The notes under the pieces were generated by a model, which was not told the DNA's origin, did not search any database, and saw only the letters and a list, made by a program, of their open reading frames with translations. Positions 61,353 through 64,000 of a stretch of DNA of 64,000 nt are shown here, in pieces. This DNA comes from Flavobacteriales bacterium. GTDB taxonomy: Bacteria; Bacteroidota; Bacteroidia; Flavobacteriales_F; PHOS-HE28. Positions within the stretch are counted from its first letter, which is position 1. Every line of letters starts with the position of its first letter. Location of the stretch: NCBI GenBank assembly GCA_017987115.1, contig JAGNUG010000003.1, positions 319 through 64,318 of the forward strand, read 5' to 3'. The translations under genes were made by a program, and so were the position numbers.

Positions 61353-63104
61353 ATGTACCGCACACACACTTGTGGCGAACTCCGCCCTTCCGACTCCTCA
61401 AAGACCGTGACCCTTGCTGGATGGGTCCAACGTACCCGCGAAATGGGTGGGCTCACCTTTGTTGACCTGCGCGATCGCTTTGGCATCACACAGCTCAGCT
61501 TCAATACAGAACGGAACAAGAACCTGCGGGATCAAGCCAATTCCTTGGGCCGCGAATTCGTGGTGCAAGCAACCGGCGTTGTTACGGAACGTGAGAGCAA
61601 GAACAAGAACATTCCTACCGGAGAGATCGAGCTCGTCGTAACTGAATTGAAGGTCCTGAACAAAGCCAAGACTCCGCCGTTCACCATTGAAGAAGAGACC
61701 GATGGTGGAGAAGAGTTGCGCATGAAATACCGCTACCTCGACCTGCGCCGCAACAGTGTGCGCAAGAACATGGAGCTACGCCATCGCATGGCGATCGAAG
61801 TACGCAATTACTTAAGCAACCAGCAATTCTTGGAGGTTGAAACACCTGTTTTGATCAAAAGCACGCCAGAAGGTGCGCGCGACTACGTTGTACCAAGCCG
61901 GATGAATCCGGGCGAATTCTATGCGCTGCCGCAGAGTCCACAGACCTTCAAACAGTTGCTGATGGTCGGGGGGATGGATCGCTATTTCCAGATCGTGAAA
62001 TGCTTCCGTGATGAGGACCTGCGTGCAGACCGACAACCGGAGTTCACGCAGATCGATTGTGAAATGGCTTTTGTTGAACGTGAGGATATCCTGCAAACGT
62101 TCGAAGGACTTGCCAAGCATTTGTTCAACGCCATCCTTGGTAAGGAAATGAACGAGCCATTCCAGCGTATGAACTATGATGATGCTATGCGCGATTATGG
62201 CAGCGATAAACCGGACCTGCGATTCGGAATGCGATTCCATGAAATGAATGACCTTGCAAAAGGAAAGGAATTCAAAGTGTTCGACGATGCTGAACTTGTT
62301 GTGGGAATCAACGCGGAAGGCTGCGCTGGTTGGAGCCGAAAGCAGACGGATGCGTTGATCGACTTTGTAAAACGGCCACAGATCGGTGCTACAGGGATCA
62401 TCTTTCTACGCTGGAATGCGGAAGGACTGAAGAGCACCGTGGACAAATTCTATGGACCTGATGACCTGGAACGCTGGGCAGATCACTTCAACATGAAAGA
62501 GGGCGACCTGCTCTGCATCATGGCAGGACCGATTGACAAGACCCGCAAGCAACTGAACGAATTGCGCTTGCACATTGCTGAAACTCTAGGCTTGCGCGAC
62601 CCAAGAATTTTTAAACCTTTGTGGGTCGTTGATTTCCCGTTGTTGGAGAAAGATGAAGAAAGCGGCCGTTGGCATGCCATGCACCATCCATTCACCGCAC
62701 CAATTCCAGCGCACGCACATCTTTTGGAAAGCGATCCCGGAGCTGTGAACGCCAATGCGTATGACCTGGTCATCAACGGCACGGAGATCGGCGGCGGTAG
62801 CATTCGCATACATGATCGCCCCATGCAAGAGGCTATGTTCCGTGTGCTCGGATTCACTGACGAAGAGGCGCGCTACAAATTCGGATTCCTGCTCGATGCA
62901 TTCGAGTTCGGTGCTCCACCACACGGCGGTGCGGCATTCGGTTTCGATCGCTGGGTGAGCTTGTTCGGTGGCCGAAGCGATATCCGTGAATTCATCGCTT
63001 TTCCTAAGAACAATGCAGCGCGTGATGTAATGATCGATGCACCAAGCTTGATCGATGATGTGCAATTGAAGGAACTGGGCATTTCAATAAACAAGCGGTC
63101 ATGA
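61353..63104 (+). CDS. aspS: aspartate--tRNA ligase
   Basis: The N-terminus [11 protein letters not shown] parallels E. coli MRTEYCGQLR. The class II motifs are [18 protein letters not shown] and GGGSIRIH...[12 protein letters not shown]. Confidence 0.95.
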   Translation: MYRTHTCGELRPSDSSKTVTLAGWVQRTREMGGLTFVDLRDRFGITQLSFNTERNKNLRDQANSLGREFVVQATGVVTERESKNKNIPTGEIELVVTELKVLNKAKTPPFTIEEETDGGEELRMKYRYLDLRRNSVRKNMELRHRMAIEVRNYLSNQQFLEVETPVLIKSTPEGARDYVVPSRMNPGEFYALPQSPQTFKQLLMVGGMDRYFQIVKCFRDEDLRADRQPEFTQIDCEMAFVEREDILQTFEGLAKHLFNAILGKEMNEPFQRMNYDDAMRDYGSDKPDLRFGMRFHEMNDLAKGKEFKVFDDAELVVGINAEGCAGWSRKQTDALIDFVKRPQIGATGIIFLRWNAEGLKSTVDKFYGPDDLERWADHFNMKEGDLLCIMAGPIDKTRKQLNELRLHIAETLGLRDPRIFKPLWVVDFPLLEKDEESGRWHAMHHPFTAPIPAHAHLLESDPGAVNANAYDLVINGTEIGGGSIRIHDRPMQEAMFRVLGFTDEEARYKFGFLLDAFEFGAPPHGGAAFGFDRWVSLFGGRSDIREFIAFPKNNAARDVMIDAPSLIDDVQLKELGISINKRS

Positions 63105-63577
63105 ACAGAACAGATCAAGACTTCATCCGCGAGGCCATTGCAGCTGCACGCGCTGGCATGCAACGTGGTGATGGAGGGCCGTTCGGCTGCGTAATTGTAA
63201 AGGACGGCGAAGTGATTGGCCGTGGCAATAACAAAGTCACCAGCACGAATGACCCCACGGCCCATGCCGAGGTCGTCGCGATCCGTGAAGCATGTAAAGC
63301 GCTTGGTGATTTTCAACTCACCGGATGCGTTCTCTATACCAGTTGTGAGCCTTGCCCCATGTGCCTTGGTGCGATCTATTGGGCCCGTCCGGATAGGATC
63401 GTATATGCATGTACACGCGAAGATGCTGCAGATGCCGGTTTCGATGACCAACTTATATACGACGAACTTCCCCTACCCTACACCGAGCGCAAGATCCCTA
63501 CGGAACATGCCTTCCGCGAGGAAGCACAAGTGGTTTTCAATGAGTGGAAAGCCAAGGAGGATAAGGTTGCTTATTGA
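63101..63577 (+). CDS. guaD: guanine deaminase (CDA-fold, B. subtilis GuaD type)
   Basis: [42 protein letters not shown]...[20 protein letters not shown]...AGFDD closely matches the B. subtilis GuaD sequence as I remember it. There is an ATGA overlap with aspS. Confidence 0.8.
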   Translation: MNRTDQDFIREAIAAARAGMQRGDGGPFGCVIVKDGEVIGRGNNKVTSTNDPTAHAEVVAIREACKALGDFQLTGCVLYTSCEPCPMCLGAIYWARPDRIVYACTREDAADAGFDDQLIYDELPLPYTERKIPTEHAFREEAQVVFNEWKAKEDKVAY

Positions 63578-63620
63578 ACGGTTAACCATTTCTGTTTCTA
63601 TGAACTGACCAGCTCAGGCG

Positions 63621-64000
63621 CATGTCTGACATCTTCCAATACGCTGCGGTGGCCATTGTCCTGTTGGTACTTGGTGCTAGTGTTATCATTTCGCTCTACA
63701 TCTTGGCCAAGGACTTTTTTTCGCTGATCGCGATCACCGGACATTCATTGACCCCACTACCAAAAGTTGATAAGATCGAGCTGGAACGGATCAGTCCATT
63801 TTACGCCGCACTTCCTCCTTATCGCAAGAAAGCATTCTCCAAACAGGTGAAGGAATTCATCTTCGACAAGGATTGGGAAGGACGCGGTATTGAGTTGACA
63901 CGAGAAATGAAACTGCACATTGCTTCTGTCGCAGTGCAGATCGGGTTCGGACTTGGCAGATTGCTGTTCATCCATTTTGAAAGGGTCGTAGTGTATTCGG
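63621..64000 (+). CDS. 5' part of a membrane-anchored protein, possibly an M90/MtfA-like zinc peptidase (3' end lies outside the window)
   Basis: My own translation from the ATG at 63621 gives MSDIFQYAAVAIVLLVLGASVIISLYILAKDFF...ISPFYAALPPYRKKAFSKQVKEFIFDKDWEGRGIELTREMKLHIASVAVQIGFGL.... It stays open to the window edge. The YY..L....K..F...V..F...K.F pattern resembles MtfA-family N-terminal regions. The HExxH region would lie beyond the window. Confidence 0.45.

Overview
This window looks like a chromosomal segment of a Bacteroidota genome, probably Flavobacteriia- or Cytophagia-like. The lineage call rests on four things: T9SS C-terminal sorting domains, TAnnTTTG-type promoter boxes, the panC / glgA-like / DUF4270 / glmS neighbourhood, and Gln at +1 of most predicted signal-peptidase I sites. 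I call about 47 protein genes and one tRNA-Leu(CAA).

Housekeeping genes are interleaved with at least seven likely T9SS cargo genes. The housekeeping set includes dCMP deaminase, an S41 peptidase, sodA, glmS, panC, radA, comF, msrC, polA, cysS, trhO, hmgA, hppD, aspS and guaD. Two of the cargo genes are giant repeat adhesins: 2052 aa with a type A CTD, and 1949 aa with a type B/CHU_C CTD. I saw no rRNA, CRISPR array, cas genes, transposase, integrase, phage genes or recognisable defence system.

The observations I rank highest are:
- A small T9SS cargo protein (60008-60775) whose predicted mature N-terminus, C-S-C-x6-F-C, and later Cys spacing resemble TIMP/NTR metalloprotease inhibitors.
- A gingipain (C25)-like domain at the N-terminus of the 2052-aa adhesin, in which the residues I align to the catalytic His and Cys appear to be Gly and Ser.
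- Three roughly 99%-identical 468-bp in-frame tandem repeats inside that adhesin.
- A lipoprotein M28/glutaminyl-cyclase-like gene coupled to cysS, in a window where 8 of 10 predicted SPase I substrates start with Gln.
- A half-size glycogen-synthase-like protein that lacks the KTGGL motif, paired with a DUF4270 lipoprotein.

All family assignments come from reading motifs by eye. No BLAST, HMM or structure search was possible, and start codons were chosen manually from the ORF track.
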